Shown: one piece after another, positions 18,199 through 29,065 of the stretch
Layout: each line of letters starts with the position of its first letter
Position numbering within the stretch: position 1 is the stretch's first letter
Translations under genes and position numbers: made by a program
The notes under the pieces: generated by a model
Databases searched by the model: none
Seen by the model: the letters and a program-made list of their open reading frames with translations, nothing else
Told to the model about the DNA's origin: nothing
NCBI GenBank assembly: GCA_016711095.1
Contig: JADJTP010000003.1
Location: 273,378 to 337,377 of the forward strand
Origin: Actinomycetales bacterium
Lineage (GTDB): Bacteria > Actinomycetota > Actinomycetes > Actinomycetales > Dermatophilaceae
Direction of reading: 5' to 3'
Length of the DNA stretch: 64,000 nucleotides

Positions 18199-21100
18199 GT
18201 GCCAGACCAGCCGAGAACCGAGCACCCCAGCGGATCGTTCGGACCCAACGAGTGGCTCGTCGACGAGCTCTATGAGCAGTATCTGGCGGACAAGGACTCG
18301 GTAGACCGGGCTTGGTGGGGGTTCTTCGCGGACTACAGGCCCGAGCACTCCTCTGGCCCCCTCGGAAACGGTGCCCAGGCTGGGGCAGCGCCCCTGGCCG
18401 CAACGCCCGTGGCAGCGGCACCCGCACCAGCGGCACCCGCGCCAGTTGCACCCGCACCCGCACCCGCGGCACCCCCACCAGCACCAGCGGCACCCGCACC
18501 AACGGCATCCGCACGCGTGGCACCTGCACCAGCGGCTCCCCCGTCGGTTGCACCCACGCCACGTGACATCCCGGCACCGACGAGCCCGCCTCCGCCGTCG
18601 GAGTCGCAGCTGCGCCCTCTGCGGGGCCCGGCCGCGCGCATCGTCGTCAACATGAATGCCTCCCTGCAGGTGCCGACCGCGACCTCGGTGCGCTCGGTAC
18701 CCGCGAAACTGCTCGTCGACAACCGGGTTGTCATCAACAACCACCTCGCCCGCTCGCGGGGCGGCAAGGTGTCCTTCACTCACCTCATCGGATATGCCCT
18801 GGTCAAGGCCCTCAAGATCATGCCGGAGATGAACCAGGCGTTCGGCGAGCAGGACGGCAAGCCGGTCGTTATCGCGCCGGCACACATCAACCTGGGCTTG
18901 GCGATCGACTTGGCCAAGCCCGACGGAACCCGTCAGCTTCTCGTCCCGTCGATCAAGTCGGCCGAGACGATGGACTTCGTCCATTTCTGGTCGGCGTATG
19001 AAGAGGTCGTCAAGAAGGCCCGCGCTGGCAAGCTGACGGTTGAGGACTTCGCCGGGACGACCCTGACGTTGACCAACCCCGGCACGATCGGCACGGTCCA
19101 CTCCGTGCCGCGGCTCATGCAGGGCCAGGGCGCGATCATCGGGGTCGGTGCGATGGAATACCCGGCCGAATGGCAGGGCGCCTCCAACGAGACCCTCAAC
19201 CGCAACGCCGTCAGCAAGACCCTCACTCTCACCTCGACCTATGACCACCGGATCATCCAGGGCGCGCAGAGCGGCGACTTCCTGCGACTGGTGCACCGGT
19301 TCCTGCTCGGCGGCGAAGGCTTCTACGACGAGATCTTCGCCAGCCTCCGTGTCCCCTACGAGCCGATCCGCTGGGTGCAGGACGTCTCGGCGACCCACGA
19401 CGATGACATCAACAAGGTCGCTCGAGTGCAGGAGCTCATCCACGCCTATCGCGTGCGCGGACACCTGATGGCCGACACCGACCCCTTGGAATACCGCCAG
19501 CGCCGACACCCCGACCTCGACGTGACCGAGCACGGCCTCACCCTGTGGGACCTGGACCGGCACTTCGCGACCGGAGGCTTCGGTGGCCAGTCCTTCCTCA
19601 AACTGCGCCAGATTCTCGGCATCCTGCGCGATTCCTATTGCCGGACCGTCGGTATCGAGTACATGCACATCCAGGACCCCGAGCAACGCCGGTGGATCCA
19701 GGACAAGTGCGAGGTCATGCACGAGAAGCCCTCGCGGGACGAGCAGATGCGCATCCTGCGCCGACTCAACGCCGCCGAGGCCTTCGAGACGTTCCTGCAG
19801 ACCAAGTTCGTCGGCCAGAAGCGCTTCTCGCTCGAGGGTGGCGAGTCGGCCATCGCTCTGCTCGACCGGATCCTCTCGGCCGCCGCGGAAGAGCACCTCG
19901 ACGAGGTGTGCATCGGTATGCCGCACCGCGGCCGACTCAACGTGCTGGCCAACATCGCCGGGAAATCTCCCGGCCAGATCTTCCGTGAGTTCGAGGGCAA
20001 GTCCGACCCAACGTCAGTGCTGGGCTCCGGGGACGTGAAGTATCACCTCGGCACCGAGGGCACCTTCCTCGCCGAGTCCGGCGCCTCGACGAAGGTCTAC
20101 CTCGCCGCCAACCCCTCCCATCTGGAGGCGGTCAATCCGGTGCTCGAGGGCATCGTCCGAGCCAAGCAGGACCGGCTCAACCTCGGCGGCGAGGCATTCA
20201 CCGTGCTGCCGATCCTCATGCACGGAGACGCAGCCTTCGCCGGCCAGGGCGTCGTCGCTGAGACCCTGCAGCAGTCCGAACTACGCGGCTACCGCACCGG
20301 CGGCACGATCCACGTCATCGTCAACAACCAGGTCGGCTTCACTACCTCACCGTCTTCGTCGCGTTCGTCGGTCTATTCCACAGACGTCGCGCGGATGATT
20401 CAGGCGCCGATCTTCCACGTCAACGGCGATGACCCCGAGGCGTGTGTGCGGGTCGCCGAGTTGGCGTTCGAGTTCCGCCAGACGTTCAAGAAGGACGTCG
20501 TCGTCGACATGGTGTGTTACCGCCGTCGCGGTCACAACGAGGGCGATGACCCGTCGATGACCCAACCGCTCATGTACCGCCTCATCGAGGCGAAGCGTTC
20601 GGTCCGCAAGCTCTACACCGAGTCTCTCATCGGTCGCGGAGACATTGGCGTCGACGACGCGGCCGCTGCCCTCCGCGACTACCAGCAGCAGCTCGAACGG
20701 GTCTTCCTGGAGACCAGGGACGCCCAGTCCGCTCAGGTGCCCGGCCCTTCGGGATCCGGCGACAGCGAATCGGACGTGGTCGGGCACGGCGGGCTGGAAA
20801 AGCCGGCAGCGCAGGTGCAGGACGACGCGCGACGGCCCCGCGACTGGCGGCATACGGCGATCTCCCGCGAGATGCTCGAGACTCTCGGCGACGCGTGGTT
20901 GCGACCGCCGGCCGAATTCACCGTCCACCCCAAGCTCAAGGCGCTCATGGAACGGCGTTCGCAGATGGTCCGCGAGGGTGGCATCGATTGGGGCATGGGC
21001 GAGCTCATGGCCTTCGGCTCCCTGCTGATGGAGGGCACCCCGGTCCGGCTCACGGGCCAGGACAGCCAACGAGGCACCTTTGTTCAACGCCACGCCGTGC

Positions 21101-22017
21101 TCATCGACAAGGTCAACGCGCGGGAGTGGACCCCGTTGCTGTATCTGCAGGAGGGGCAGGCCAGGTTCTGGGTCTACAACTCACTGCTGTCGGAGTATGC
21201 CGCCTTGGGCTTCGAATACGGCTACTCGGTTGAGCGGCCCGATGCGCTCGTCGTTTGGGAAGCGCAGTTCGGAGACTTCGCCAACGGTGCACAGACCATC
21301 GTCGACGAGTTCATCTCGTCGTCGGAGCAGAAGTGGGGCCAGCGCTCGTCGGTGGTCATGCTGTTGCCGCACGGCTTCGAAGGCCAGGGCCCCGACCACT
21401 CCTCGGCCCGGATCGAGCGCTACCTGCAAATGTTCGCCGAGGACAACATGACGATCGCCTATCCCTCGACTCCGGCGTCGCACTTCCACTTGCTGCGCCG
21501 GCAGGCCTACGCTCGCCCGCGCCGACCGCTCATCGTCTTCACGCCGAAGTCGATGCTGCGCCTCAAGGCCGCCTCCTCGATGCCCGAGGACTTCCTCAAC
21601 GGCGGGTTCCGGCCGGTGCTGCCAGATACTCGGGTGATGGACGGCGCTGCAGTGACTCGGGTGTTGCTCGGTTCCGGCAAGCTTGTCTGGGAGCTGGAGG
21701 CCGAGCGCGAGCGGCGCGGCGACTGGGCTACCGCGATCCTGCGCGTCGAGCAACTGGCGCCGCTTCCCGCCGCCGAGATCGTCGAGGCGGTCCGCGCGTA
21801 TCCGCATGCGGATCTGGTCTGGGTTCAGGACGAACCCAAGAACCAGGGCGCCTGGCCATTCGTCGCGCTCAACCTCCCCGAGTTGCTCGCCGAGCAGGGC
21901 GAGACGCGGGCGCTGCGCGTCGCCTGCCGTCCGGCCTCGGCCTCACCGGCCACCGGATCACACAAGAAGCACGAGATCGAGCAAGCCGCACTCATGGAGC
22001 AGGCGTTCGGCCGCTGA
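18199..22017 (+). CDS. kgd: multifunctional 2-oxoglutarate metabolism enzyme (E1o with N-terminal E2-like acyltransferase domain, Kgd/OdhA type)
   Basis: GTG 18199 follows an AGAGG RBS. It has [16 protein letters not shown], a P/A-rich linker, the succinyltransferase-like [21 protein letters not shown], and the E1 motifs [14 protein letters not shown] and [13 protein letters not shown]. The gene is intact over 3.8 kb. Confidence 0.93.
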   Translation: MPDQPRTEHPSGSFGPNEWLVDELYEQYLADKDSVDRAWWGFFADYRPEHSSGPLGNGAQAGAAPLAATPVAAAPAPAAPAPVAPAPAPAAPPPAPAAPAPTASARVAPAPAAPPSVAPTPRDIPAPTSPPPPSESQLRPLRGPAARIVVNMNASLQVPTATSVRSVPAKLLVDNRVVINNHLARSRGGKVSFTHLIGYALVKALKIMPEMNQAFGEQDGKPVVIAPAHINLGLAIDLAKPDGTRQLLVPSIKSAETMDFVHFWSAYEEVVKKARAGKLTVEDFAGTTLTLTNPGTIGTVHSVPRLMQGQGAIIGVGAMEYPAEWQGASNETLNRNAVSKTLTLTSTYDHRIIQGAQSGDFLRLVHRFLLGGEGFYDEIFASLRVPYEPIRWVQDVSATHDDDINKVARVQELIHAYRVRGHLMADTDPLEYRQRRHPDLDVTEHGLTLWDLDRHFATGGFGGQSFLKLRQILGILRDSYCRTVGIEYMHIQDPEQRRWIQDKCEVMHEKPSRDEQMRILRRLNAAEAFETFLQTKFVGQKRFSLEGGESAIALLDRILSAAAEEHLDEVCIGMPHRGRLNVLANIAGKSPGQIFREFEGKSDPTSVLGSGDVKYHLGTEGTFLAESGASTKVYLAANPSHLEAVNPVLEGIVRAKQDRLNLGGEAFTVLPILMHGDAAFAGQGVVAETLQQSELRGYRTGGTIHVIVNNQVGFTTSPSSSRSSVYSTDVARMIQAPIFHVNGDDPEACVRVAELAFEFRQTFKKDVVVDMVCYRRRGHNEGDDPSMTQPLMYRLIEAKRSVRKLYTESLIGRGDIGVDDAAAALRDYQQQLERVFLETRDAQSAQVPGPSGSGDSESDVVGHGGLEKPAAQVQDDARRPRDWRHTAISREMLETLGDAWLRPPAEFTVHPKLKALMERRSQMVREGGIDWGMGELMAFGSLLMEGTPVRLTGQDSQRGTFVQRHAVLIDKVNAREWTPLLYLQEGQARFWVYNSLLSEYAALGFEYGYSVERPDALVVWEAQFGDFANGAQTIVDEFISSSEQKWGQRSSVVMLLPHGFEGQGPDHSSARIERYLQMFAEDNMTIAYPSTPASHFHLLRRQAYARPRRPLIVFTPKSMLRLKAASSMPEDFLNGGFRPVLPDTRVMDGAAVTRVLLGSGKLVWELEAERERRGDWATAILRVEQLAPLPAAEIVEAVRAYPHADLVWVQDEPKNQGAWPFVALNLPELLAEQGETRALRVACRPASASPATGSHKKHEIEQAALMEQAFGR

Positions 22018-22023
22018 CCGATC

Positions 22024-22056
22024 CGCTGCTGGACTCGATCCTCCCGTCGAGCAGCG
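22024..22056 (+). terminator. imperfect hairpin downstream of kgd (candidate terminator)
   Basis: CGCTGCT (22024-22030) pairs with AGCAGCG (22050-22056). There is additional inner pairing with one mismatch. Confidence 0.3.
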
Positions 22057-22094
22057 ATTGACCGGCTCAGCGCCTGCGTCCGGCTATCTCGGAC

Positions 22095-23567
22095 GTGAGC
22101 AACGCGGCATACGGCAACGCCCCGCGAGCCCCCCTTCCGGAGCACGCTGGACGTATGCCGCCCACCTCGCCCGCCAGCCTCACCTTCCTCGGCGCCGCCG
22201 GCACGGTCACTGGCTCCAAGAACCTGGTGACCGTCGGCGCCCGCCGGATCCTCGTTGACGCGGGGATGTTCCAGGGGGAGAAGAAATGGCGAGTGCGCAA
22301 CTGGGCCGACTTCGAGGTGGCGCCCGACACGATCGGCGACATCGTCCTCACCCACGCGCACATGGACCACTGCGGCTATCTGCCCGCGCTCGTGCGCCAG
22401 GGTTTCGATGGCCCGGTGTGGTGCACGGAGGGCACCCGGCTGCTGGCCGAGATCGTCCTGCGCGACGCGGGCTACCTTGCCGAACGCGACGCGGTGGATG
22501 CAGCCCGGGGCGGCTGGTCGCGGCACAACCCGCCGCTGCCCATCTACACCGGCGCCGATGTCGAACGGGCGCTGCCGCTGCTCACCCCGGTGGAGGTCGA
22601 CGCCGACGCCGACCTCGGAGACGGGGTCACGCTGCGCTTCACCCGGGCCGGACACATCCTCGGCTCAGCCTCGGTCACTCTCGACACCGGCGCGTCGAGC
22701 GTGCTCTTCTCCGGGGACCTCGGCCGCCACGACCACCCCGTGCTTCGGCCGCTGGGCACGCCGCCGGGGGCGGCATACGTCGTCGTGGAATCCACCTACG
22801 GCGATCGGGAGCATCCCGACCCGCTCGGTATGCCGCACGAGGCCTTCGCCGACGCGATTCGGCGGGCGGTGGCACGCGGCGGCTCGGTGCTCGTGCCGGC
22901 CTTCGCCGTGGACCGAGTCGAGGTCGTGCTGCGGGCGCTCACCCAGTTGCGCGAAGACGGCCGGATCCCAACGGTGCCCATCTATGTCAACTCCCCGATG
23001 GCCTCGGCCGCCCTGGCGGTCTATCGCCGGTCGGTCTCGGAGTTGCGTCCCGACCTCGACATCAACGACTTCTTCCGCATCAGCGACCTCGTCGAGATCC
23101 ACTCCGCCGAGGAGTCGATGGCGCTGACCAGCGGCCGACGACGTGGCTCGAGCATCATCCTCACCTCCTCGGGCATGCTCAACGGCGGCCGGGTCCTGCA
23201 TCACCTCGAGCGCATGCTCCCCGATGCCCGCAACGCGGTAGTCCTCACCGGCTTTCAGGCGGCCGGCACCCGAGGGCGGGCGCTCGCCGACGGCGCCACC
23301 GAGCTGAAGATGCACGGTCACTATGTCCCCGTGCGGGCCGAGATCGTCCGGGACGACGAGTTTTCGGTGCACGCCGACGCCTCGGATCTCCTCGACTGGC
23401 TGCGCGCACTCGATCCTGCGCCGGCGACGGTCTTGGTCAACCACGGCGAGCCGGAGGCGTCCGAGGCTCTCGCGGCCCGCATCAGGCGCGAGCTGGGCCT
23501 GACCGCGGTGGTCCCGGCCCACGGTGAGCGAGTCGTCCTGCCTGATCCCGGGCGAGCCGAGGACTGA
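22095..23567 (+). CDS. MBL-fold metallo-hydrolase with beta-CASP/RNA-specificity domain
   Basis: 490-aa ORF with a GTG start; a later start at MPPTSPASLTFLG is possible. It has the HxHxDH motif LTHAHMDHCGYLP and the C-terminal FSVHADASDLLDWL. Confidence 0.85.
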   Translation: MSNAAYGNAPRAPLPEHAGRMPPTSPASLTFLGAAGTVTGSKNLVTVGARRILVDAGMFQGEKKWRVRNWADFEVAPDTIGDIVLTHAHMDHCGYLPALVRQGFDGPVWCTEGTRLLAEIVLRDAGYLAERDAVDAARGGWSRHNPPLPIYTGADVERALPLLTPVEVDADADLGDGVTLRFTRAGHILGSASVTLDTGASSVLFSGDLGRHDHPVLRPLGTPPGAAYVVVESTYGDREHPDPLGMPHEAFADAIRRAVARGGSVLVPAFAVDRVEVVLRALTQLREDGRIPTVPIYVNSPMASAALAVYRRSVSELRPDLDINDFFRISDLVEIHSAEESMALTSGRRRGSSIILTSSGMLNGGRVLHHLERMLPDARNAVVLTGFQAAGTRGRALADGATELKMHGHYVPVRAEIVRDDEFSVHADASDLLDWLRALDPAPATVLVNHGEPEASEALAARIRRELGLTAVVPAHGERVVLPDPGRAED

Positions 23568-23596
23568 GCAACCCCGTGCCGCGATAGCCTCCACCT

Positions 23597-23821
23597 GTGT
23601 ATTTCACCGACCGTGGCATCGAGGAGCTGACCGAACGCCGCGGGCAGGAGCAGGTATCCGTCGAATGGCTTGCCGAGCAGTTGCGCACCTTCGTCGACCT
23701 GCACCCGCAGTTCGAGACCCCGATCGAGCGCTTGGCGACCTATCTCGCTCGGCTCGCCGATGATGACGACGGCGACCATGATGATGAGCAGGACGATGAC
23801 GAGCAGGACGATGAGGAGTGA
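23597..23821 (+). CDS. small conserved acidic protein (DUF6104-like)
   Basis: 74 aa with a GTG start: YFTDRGIEELTERRGQEQVSVEWLAEQLRTFVDLHPQFETPIERLATYLARL plus a D/E tail. I recognise it as a conserved actinobacterial family, but the family name is from memory. Confidence 0.65.
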   Translation: MYFTDRGIEELTERRGQEQVSVEWLAEQLRTFVDLHPQFETPIERLATYLARLADDDDGDHDDEQDDDEQDDEE

Positions 23822-23828
23822 GCACTAG

Positions 23829-24563
23829 GTGACCGACGACCACCACGGACTCGAGCGCGAGCTCGGGTCGGGGCACGGCTCCCCCGGCGCTGGACCGGCC
23901 TATCCAAGCGCCACCGATGGCGAGCCGGCCACCGAGTTCACCCCGAGCGCGGCCTTCACGGTCGACGAAGAGGGACGCCGCGACGTCGGGCTGTGCTTCG
24001 TCGGCGGCTCCATCACGGCCGGCTATGGCGACCCAAAGGCCCTCGGCTGGGTCGGGCGTGTCGTCAGCCGCACCCAGCACCCCGATGTCGATCTCACGGC
24101 ATACAACCTCGCGGTTCGGGGGCAGGACTCCGGTGACGTCGTGGCGCGCTGGCGCGAGGAGTGTATGCCGCGCTGGACCGGCCGCGCCGAGCGACGGCTG
24201 ATCATCAGTGTCGGGTTGAGCGACCTGGCCCGGGGCATGACGACCGCCCGCTCGCGGCTCAACCTCGCCAACGTCCTCGACGACGCCTCGTCCAAGGGCA
24301 TCGCGGCCTTCGTCGTCGGGCTGACCCCGTCACTCGACGCGGACCTGAACTCGCAGATCGAGGCCCTCGCTCAGGCCCAGGCTGACGTGTGTTCGCGCAG
24401 GGGCGTCACCTATGTGGACTGCTTCCGGCCGCTGGTCGGCCACGACCAATGGCTTTCAGACCTAGCGGCCGGCGACGGCACGCACCCGGGCCAGGCTGGC
24501 TATGGCCTCGTCGCGTGGCTCGTCTTGCACGGCGGCTGGGGGACCTGGATGCGGCTGCCCTGA
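23829..24563 (+). CDS. SGNH/GDSL hydrolase family protein
   Basis: Block I FVGGSITAGYG and block V DGTHPGQAGYGLVA are present in a 244-aa ORF. Confidence 0.8.
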   Translation: MTDDHHGLERELGSGHGSPGAGPAYPSATDGEPATEFTPSAAFTVDEEGRRDVGLCFVGGSITAGYGDPKALGWVGRVVSRTQHPDVDLTAYNLAVRGQDSGDVVARWREECMPRWTGRAERRLIISVGLSDLARGMTTARSRLNLANVLDDASSKGIAAFVVGLTPSLDADLNSQIEALAQAQADVCSRRGVTYVDCFRPLVGHDQWLSDLAAGDGTHPGQAGYGLVAWLVLHGGWGTWMRLP

Positions 24564-24594
24564 CCCGGCTGCCCTTACCCCCTTGCGTCACGAC

Positions 24595-24641
24595 AACTCG
24601 CGATATAACGTGTCTCCATCAGACGCGATATAACGCGAGTT
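24595..24641. promoter_or_regulatory. AT-rich repeat element, candidate PadR operator overlapping the promoter of the DUF4097-padR operon
   Basis: AACTCGCGATATAACG (24595-24610) and CGCGATATAACGCGAGTT (24624-24641). The direct repeat CGCGATATAACG occurs twice, 25 bp apart, and the outer arms AACTCGCG/CGCGAGTT are inverted. The second TATAAC lies about 22 nt upstream of ATG 24655, just before the GGAGGA RBS. Confidence 0.5.
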
Positions 24642-24654
24642 ATCGGAGGATGGC

Positions 24655-25655
24655 ATGGCTGAGGAATGGATCGTCGACGGCCCACGGGTCCTCGACATCG
24701 GCGGCGAAAACGAACGAGTCGAGAAGGTGATCGTCGGCATCATCGGCGGCCACGTCGATGTCGTCACGCATGACGACTCACCAACCGCCCGGGTGGAGGT
24801 CTCTCGGGTCGAGGGTTTGCCCTTGCGGGTCAGTTGGGACGGGCGCACCCTCAAGATCCTGCACGGCAAGGACATGGATGCGGGCCTGCTCGACACCCTT
24901 CGCCGGCTCGTCGAGACGGTGGGCAGTCAGCGAGCACACGTGAGCATCTCGGTGCCCGCGCAGGCTAAGGCGTCGCTGAGCACGGTGAGCGCCCCGATCG
25001 TGGCGAGCGGCCTACGTCGCGGGGTCACCGCCAACACCGTTTCGGGAGAGCTGACCATCAGCGATATCCACGGCGACACGTCGCTCAACACCGTGAGCGG
25101 GGCGACCGAGTGCGCCGACCTGGTCGGCGACGTGAAGATCAACTCGGTGTCAGGAGCCGTCACGGTCCAGTCCAGCGAGATCCCCAAGGCAAGCATCAAC
25201 ACCGTGAGCGGCGAAGTCGCCCTCGACGTCCGCAACTCCAGGATGGCCGTCAAGTCCAACTCGGTGAGCGGCGACGTCACCATCCGCGCCCCGTTCACCG
25301 GGTATTCCGTAGCGGCAGCCAGCGCGACCGGCCATGTCGTCGTCGACGGCCAGTCGTTGTCGGCCTCATTCACCGGCCGGGTCCGGCGGGCCGGGCAGCC
25401 GCCGTGGAGAGTGGCGTGGGGCCAGCCTGCGCAGCGGCGACGAGTCACTGCAGCTCAAGGCCCATTCAGTGTCCGGCAATGTCGTGCTCCTGCGTTCGGG
25501 CGCCCCGTTCCGGCGACCCCGGCAGCCTCGGCTCGCCCGAGGCACGGCCGAGCTCGCCCCAGGACGCGGGCCCGACTCCATCCCCGCAAGATGCTCCCGG
25601 CCCGGCGTGGCCCGCGGGCGACTCCGCGGGGGATCAGCCGCAGGACCAGCCGTGA
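24655..25655 (+). pseudogene. DUF4097 (putative adhesin/LiaG-like beta-helix repeat) protein, 2 frameshifts as sequenced
   Basis: Repeated TVSG/SVSG strands: NTVSGELTISD, NTVSGATECAD, NSVSGAVTVQS, NTVSGEVALDV, NSVSGDVTIRA, then HSVSGNVVLL in the next frame. The tail ...DSAGDQPQDQP* is in the third frame and ends at TGA 25653-25655, which overlaps the padR GTG. The junctions are at about 25375-25400 and the C4 run 25503-25506. Confidence 0.75.
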
Positions 25656-26350
25656 GCCCGGTGTTCGCGCACGGCCAATTGCGGCTCTACCTGCTGGCGC
25701 TGCTGGCGGAGGGCCCGCGCCACGGCTACGACATCATCCAGGACCTCGAAGCCCGGTTCGGTGGCCTATACACCCCGAGCGCAGGCACGGTCTATCCGCG
25801 GCTCGCGAAGCTCGAAGAGGAGGGCCTGGTCGAGCGATCCGACGAGGGCCGCAAGTCGACCTACCGGATCACCGAGGCCGGGCGAGCCGAGGTCGCCGGA
25901 CGAACGGCCGAGATCGAGGGCCTGCAGGCAGACCTCGATGCGTCGGTGCGGCATCTGGCCGATGAGGTCCGCGAGAACGTCCACGGCCGCTCGGCCGACC
26001 TGCGTGCCGAGCTCAAGGCTGCCGCGCGAGCCGCCCGGACCACAGCCCGCCCCGCCGGCGGTGCCTCGACGCAGGCGCGGGGGTCCTGGCCCTGGAGCGA
26101 CGACACAGCAGCCGGTATGCCGCCCGCCACTCCGTGGGCGGCGCGATCCGCCGGCCGGGGCTCCGCCGGTCCCGGCGCTGGCGCCACCGATTGGGCCGAG
26201 CTTGAGCGTGCGGCAGCCGACCTGCGAGCGCAGGCTCGGGATCTGTGGCAAACGCACGGGCTCACTCCCAGCCAGACCCGGGAGATCCGCGAGATCCTGA
26301 CGGAGGCGTCCCGGCGGATCGGCGAGGTGTTGCGATCGGCGCGCGGCTGA
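25652..26350 (+). CDS. PadR family transcriptional regulator with long C-terminal extension
   Basis: GTG 25652 forms a GTGA overlap. The winged-helix text is LRLYLLALLAEGPRHGYDIIQDLEARFGGLYTPSAGTVYPRLAKLEEEGLV. Confidence 0.85.
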   Translation: MSPVFAHGQLRLYLLALLAEGPRHGYDIIQDLEARFGGLYTPSAGTVYPRLAKLEEEGLVERSDEGRKSTYRITEAGRAEVAGRTAEIEGLQADLDASVRHLADEVRENVHGRSADLRAELKAAARAARTTARPAGGASTQARGSWPWSDDTAAGMPPATPWAARSAGRGSAGPGAGATDWAELERAAADLRAQARDLWQTHGLTPSQTREIREILTEASRRIGEVLRSARG

Positions 26351-26408
26351 AGGTGGACCGGCAGGCAACCCGTTGACGTGGGCGGGTCGCGGGCGAGCGA
26401 CGAGAGTG

Positions 26409-26822
26409 TTAGTCGGTGCTGGTCCCCCGGGCCGCGATCGTCGCCCCGACGGCCAGCACAACCGCCACGGTGAGCGACCCCGCGACTGCCCACTGCCCGG
26501 CCCTGAACATCTCGACGATCACCGGGATCAGCAAGGCGTGCCAGACAACGGTCGGCGTGCCCGGCCACGACGAATACCCAAGCCACAGCTTGGCAAGCAG
26601 GCCCATGCCCGCCGCGAAGAGGAGGATGAGGACCGACTCCGTGAGCACCCTGGCGGTGTCGGTGGCCTGTCCGCGAGCGAGCTCGAGCAGCCCATAAAGC
26701 CCGAAACCGGCCATGACCGCCGCCTGGGCGGCACACACGACTGCGGCAACCCGGCGAGCCGGGTGCGATGCGTTGCTCGCCTGTGGCGCCCTGGTCGGCG
26801 GGTCGATCCGGTCGCTGGTCAC
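26409..26822 (-). CDS. small integral membrane protein (unknown function)
   Basis: About 137 aa from GTG 26822, with four hydrophobic segments (AAVVCAAQAAVMAGFGLYGLL, VLILLFAAGMGLLAKLWLG, VVWHALLIPVIVEMF, VAGSLTVAVVLAVGATI). The longer track ORF adds an R/P-rich N-terminus. Confidence 0.6.
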   Translation of the reverse strand: MTSDRIDPPTRAPQASNASHPARRVAAVVCAAQAAVMAGFGLYGLLELARGQATDTARVLTESVLILLFAAGMGLLAKLWLGYSSWPGTPTVVWHALLIPVIVEMFRAGQWAVAGSLTVAVVLAVGATIAARGTSTD

Positions 26823-27249
26823 GGCGACGAGCCTACGCGAGCGGGCGGCATACGTGCTGACCGGGGCGGTCGTCTGACGATCCGACGCGCCGGCGTGACC
26901 GAGCCGAGCGCGGGTCCAGACCTGCCGCCGCGCCCCGCCGGGCGGGCCCGAAGCCACGTCCAGCCCCACCCGGGCGAGGGCCGCCCTCCAAGAACCGACA
27001 GGTGCCTTCGGGAACAAACGTGATCCATCTCCGGTTGCTGGGATAGGCCTCGGCGGGCCACAATGGCTTGTTGGCCTCACAATGCTGCGGGTGCCAACGG
27101 TGCAGGAGCGAGGGGGTATCTCGCCGAGCTGAGCATCACCCCATTCCGCCTAGGGCCGACGGCCGGTCCAGAACGACACGATGACGATGAAGCGCTTGAC
27201 CGAACTCGACCCTGCACTGCACAGACGCGCGACAAGGAGCACGATCCAC

Positions 27250-27498
27250 ATGGACTGGCGGGACCGCGCTGCCTGCCTCGACGAGGATCCGGAGCTGTTC
27301 TTCCCGATTGGGAACACTGGCCCTGCGATCATGCAGATCGAGGAGGCAAAGTCTGTGTGCCGTCGGTGCGAGGTCGTCGACACCTGCCTGAAGTGGGCGC
27401 TGGAGTCCGGCCAGGACGCCGGCGTGTGGGGTGGGCTGTCCGAGGACGAACGCCGAGCGCTCAAACGACGCAACGCGCGGGCACGCCGCGCAGGCTAG
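27250..27498 (+). CDS. whiB1: WhiB family redox-sensing transcriptional regulator (WhiB1-like)
   Basis: ATG 27250 follows an AAGGAG RBS. MDWRDRAACLDEDPELFFPIGNTGPAIMQIEEAKSVCRRCEVVDTCLKWALESGQDAGVWGGLSEDERRALKRR carries four Cys and the GVWGG turn. It lies next to pdtaS, as in Mtb Rv3219/Rv3220c. Confidence 0.92.
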   Translation: MDWRDRAACLDEDPELFFPIGNTGPAIMQIEEAKSVCRRCEVVDTCLKWALESGQDAGVWGGLSEDERRALKRRNARARRAG

Positions 27499-27517
27499 CG
27501 CCCGACGGCCGCGCAGC

Positions 27518-28996
27518 TCAGGTCGGCAATCGGCGTAGCCGGGCGGTGAACCGGACCCGAGTGCCAGCAGGTTCGGCGGCCGACCACGAGATCCGGCCGC
27601 GCAGATCCTCCACGAAGGACTGGACGATCTGCGTCCCCAGCCCAGCGCCGGCGGGGAGCCGCCCTGCGGGCAGGCCGACTCCGTCATCCGTCACCGTCAC
27701 CGTCAGCACGTCTAGGTCGTCCTTGCCCGGCGAGCGTCGGGCCTCAACCGTGATCGTCCCGCCAACCTCCGCAAGCCCGTGCTCGGCGGCGTTGTGGACC
27801 AGTTCGCTCACCACCATCGCCAGCGCGGTCGCGTCTTCGGCGCGCACCCTTCCGAAGGACCCGACGCGGCGCACCTCGACCGGTCCCACCCCTCCGGTCA
27901 CCTCGACGACCGCGCGCACCGCGACGTCGGCCACGTCGTCGAAGGCCACCGTCTCGTCAAGGCCACGGCTGAGGGTGTCGTGGACGAGCGCGATCGTGCC
28001 GACCCGGCGCACTGCCTCCGCGAGAGCATCGCGGCCCTGCCCATCGGGCATCCGCCGCGCCTGCAACCGCAAGAGTGCCGCCACAGATTGAAGGTTGTTC
28101 TTCACCCGATGGTGGATCTCGCGGATGGTCGCGTCCTTGGTTATCAGCTCCTGCTCGCGCCGGCGCAACTCGGAGATGTCCCGCATGAGCAGGATCGCCC
28201 CGATCCGTTGACCCGCCTCGGTGAGCGGGATCGCTCTCATGGAGACGGCCTGTCCGGCATTGGTCACCTCGGTCCGCCACGGCTGCCGACCGGTGAGCAC
28301 GAGCGGCATCCCTTCGTCGATCGGCGCGACGTCCCGCAGCGTGGAGGTCACGACCTCCGCGAGCGAGGCACCGAGAATCTCGCCGACGTACCCGAGGCGG
28401 TGCAACGCCGACACCGCGTTGGGGCTGGCATAGATGATGATCCCCTCGACGTCGAGTTTGATCACTCCGTCGCCCACCCGTGGCGACCCGCGGCGCAGAC
28501 CCGTCGGCGCCGTCAGGTGTGGGAACTCACCGCTGGCCACCATCCGCGACAGTGCGTCCGCGGTGGCCAGATAGGTCAGTTCCAGACGGCTGGGGGTCCG
28601 CATCACCGACAGATTCGTATGCCGCGTCAGCACCGCGATGGGCCGCCCGGCGCGAACGACCGGGATCGTCTCCTCGCGAATGGGCAGGTCTTCGGCAGAC
28701 TCGCTGTCGCGCTCGCGGCCGATCCGCACTGCGGTGAAGGCGGCCTCGAGCAGCTCGGCCCGGCTGGCTGTGGGCTGGCGCTCCACCTGGTCGCGGAAGT
28801 AGACCGTCTGGCCGGTCGTGGGCCGCACGTGGGCGACCGCCCGCCAGTGCGCCCCGGAGCCGCGCACCCACAGGACGAGGTCGGCGAACGACAGGTCCGA
28901 AAGCAACTGCCAGTCCGACACGAGCAGCCGAAGCCATTCCTCATCGAGCGCCGGGAGCGCCGCGTGCTCCTGGATGAGCTCGGACAGGGTGGCCAC
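27518..28996 (-). CDS. pdtaS: sensor histidine kinase PdtaS-like (GAF-PAS-HisKA_2-HATPase)
   Basis: 492 aa, intact. It has N-terminal WQLLSDLSFADLVLWV, the H-box EIHHRVKNNLQSVAALLRLQ and the ATPase region ELVHNAAEHG...DDGVGLP. Confidence 0.88.
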   Translation of the reverse strand: MATLSELIQEHAALPALDEEWLRLLVSDWQLLSDLSFADLVLWVRGSGAHWRAVAHVRPTTGQTVYFRDQVERQPTASRAELLEAAFTAVRIGRERDSESAEDLPIREETIPVVRAGRPIAVLTRHTNLSVMRTPSRLELTYLATADALSRMVASGEFPHLTAPTGLRRGSPRVGDGVIKLDVEGIIIYASPNAVSALHRLGYVGEILGASLAEVVTSTLRDVAPIDEGMPLVLTGRQPWRTEVTNAGQAVSMRAIPLTEAGQRIGAILLMRDISELRRREQELITKDATIREIHHRVKNNLQSVAALLRLQARRMPDGQGRDALAEAVRRVGTIALVHDTLSRGLDETVAFDDVADVAVRAVVEVTGGVGPVEVRRVGSFGRVRAEDATALAMVVSELVHNAAEHGLAEVGGTITVEARRSPGKDDLDVLTVTVTDDGVGLPAGRLPAGAGLGTQIVQSFVEDLRGRISWSAAEPAGTRVRFTARLRRLPT

Positions 28997-29065
28997 AGCC
29001 GGAGCCTAATGGCCCAGGTCACCGCCTCGTCACCGGTGGGATCTGCGGCGGCGCCCAGGCCGGAT

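Noticed and set aside
27000-27249. A CRP-type site (TGTGA-N6-TCACA) in the whiB1 upstream region.
   Set aside because: Only weak half-site matches are present (e.g. GTGATCCATCTCCGG near 27020). None is good enough to report.
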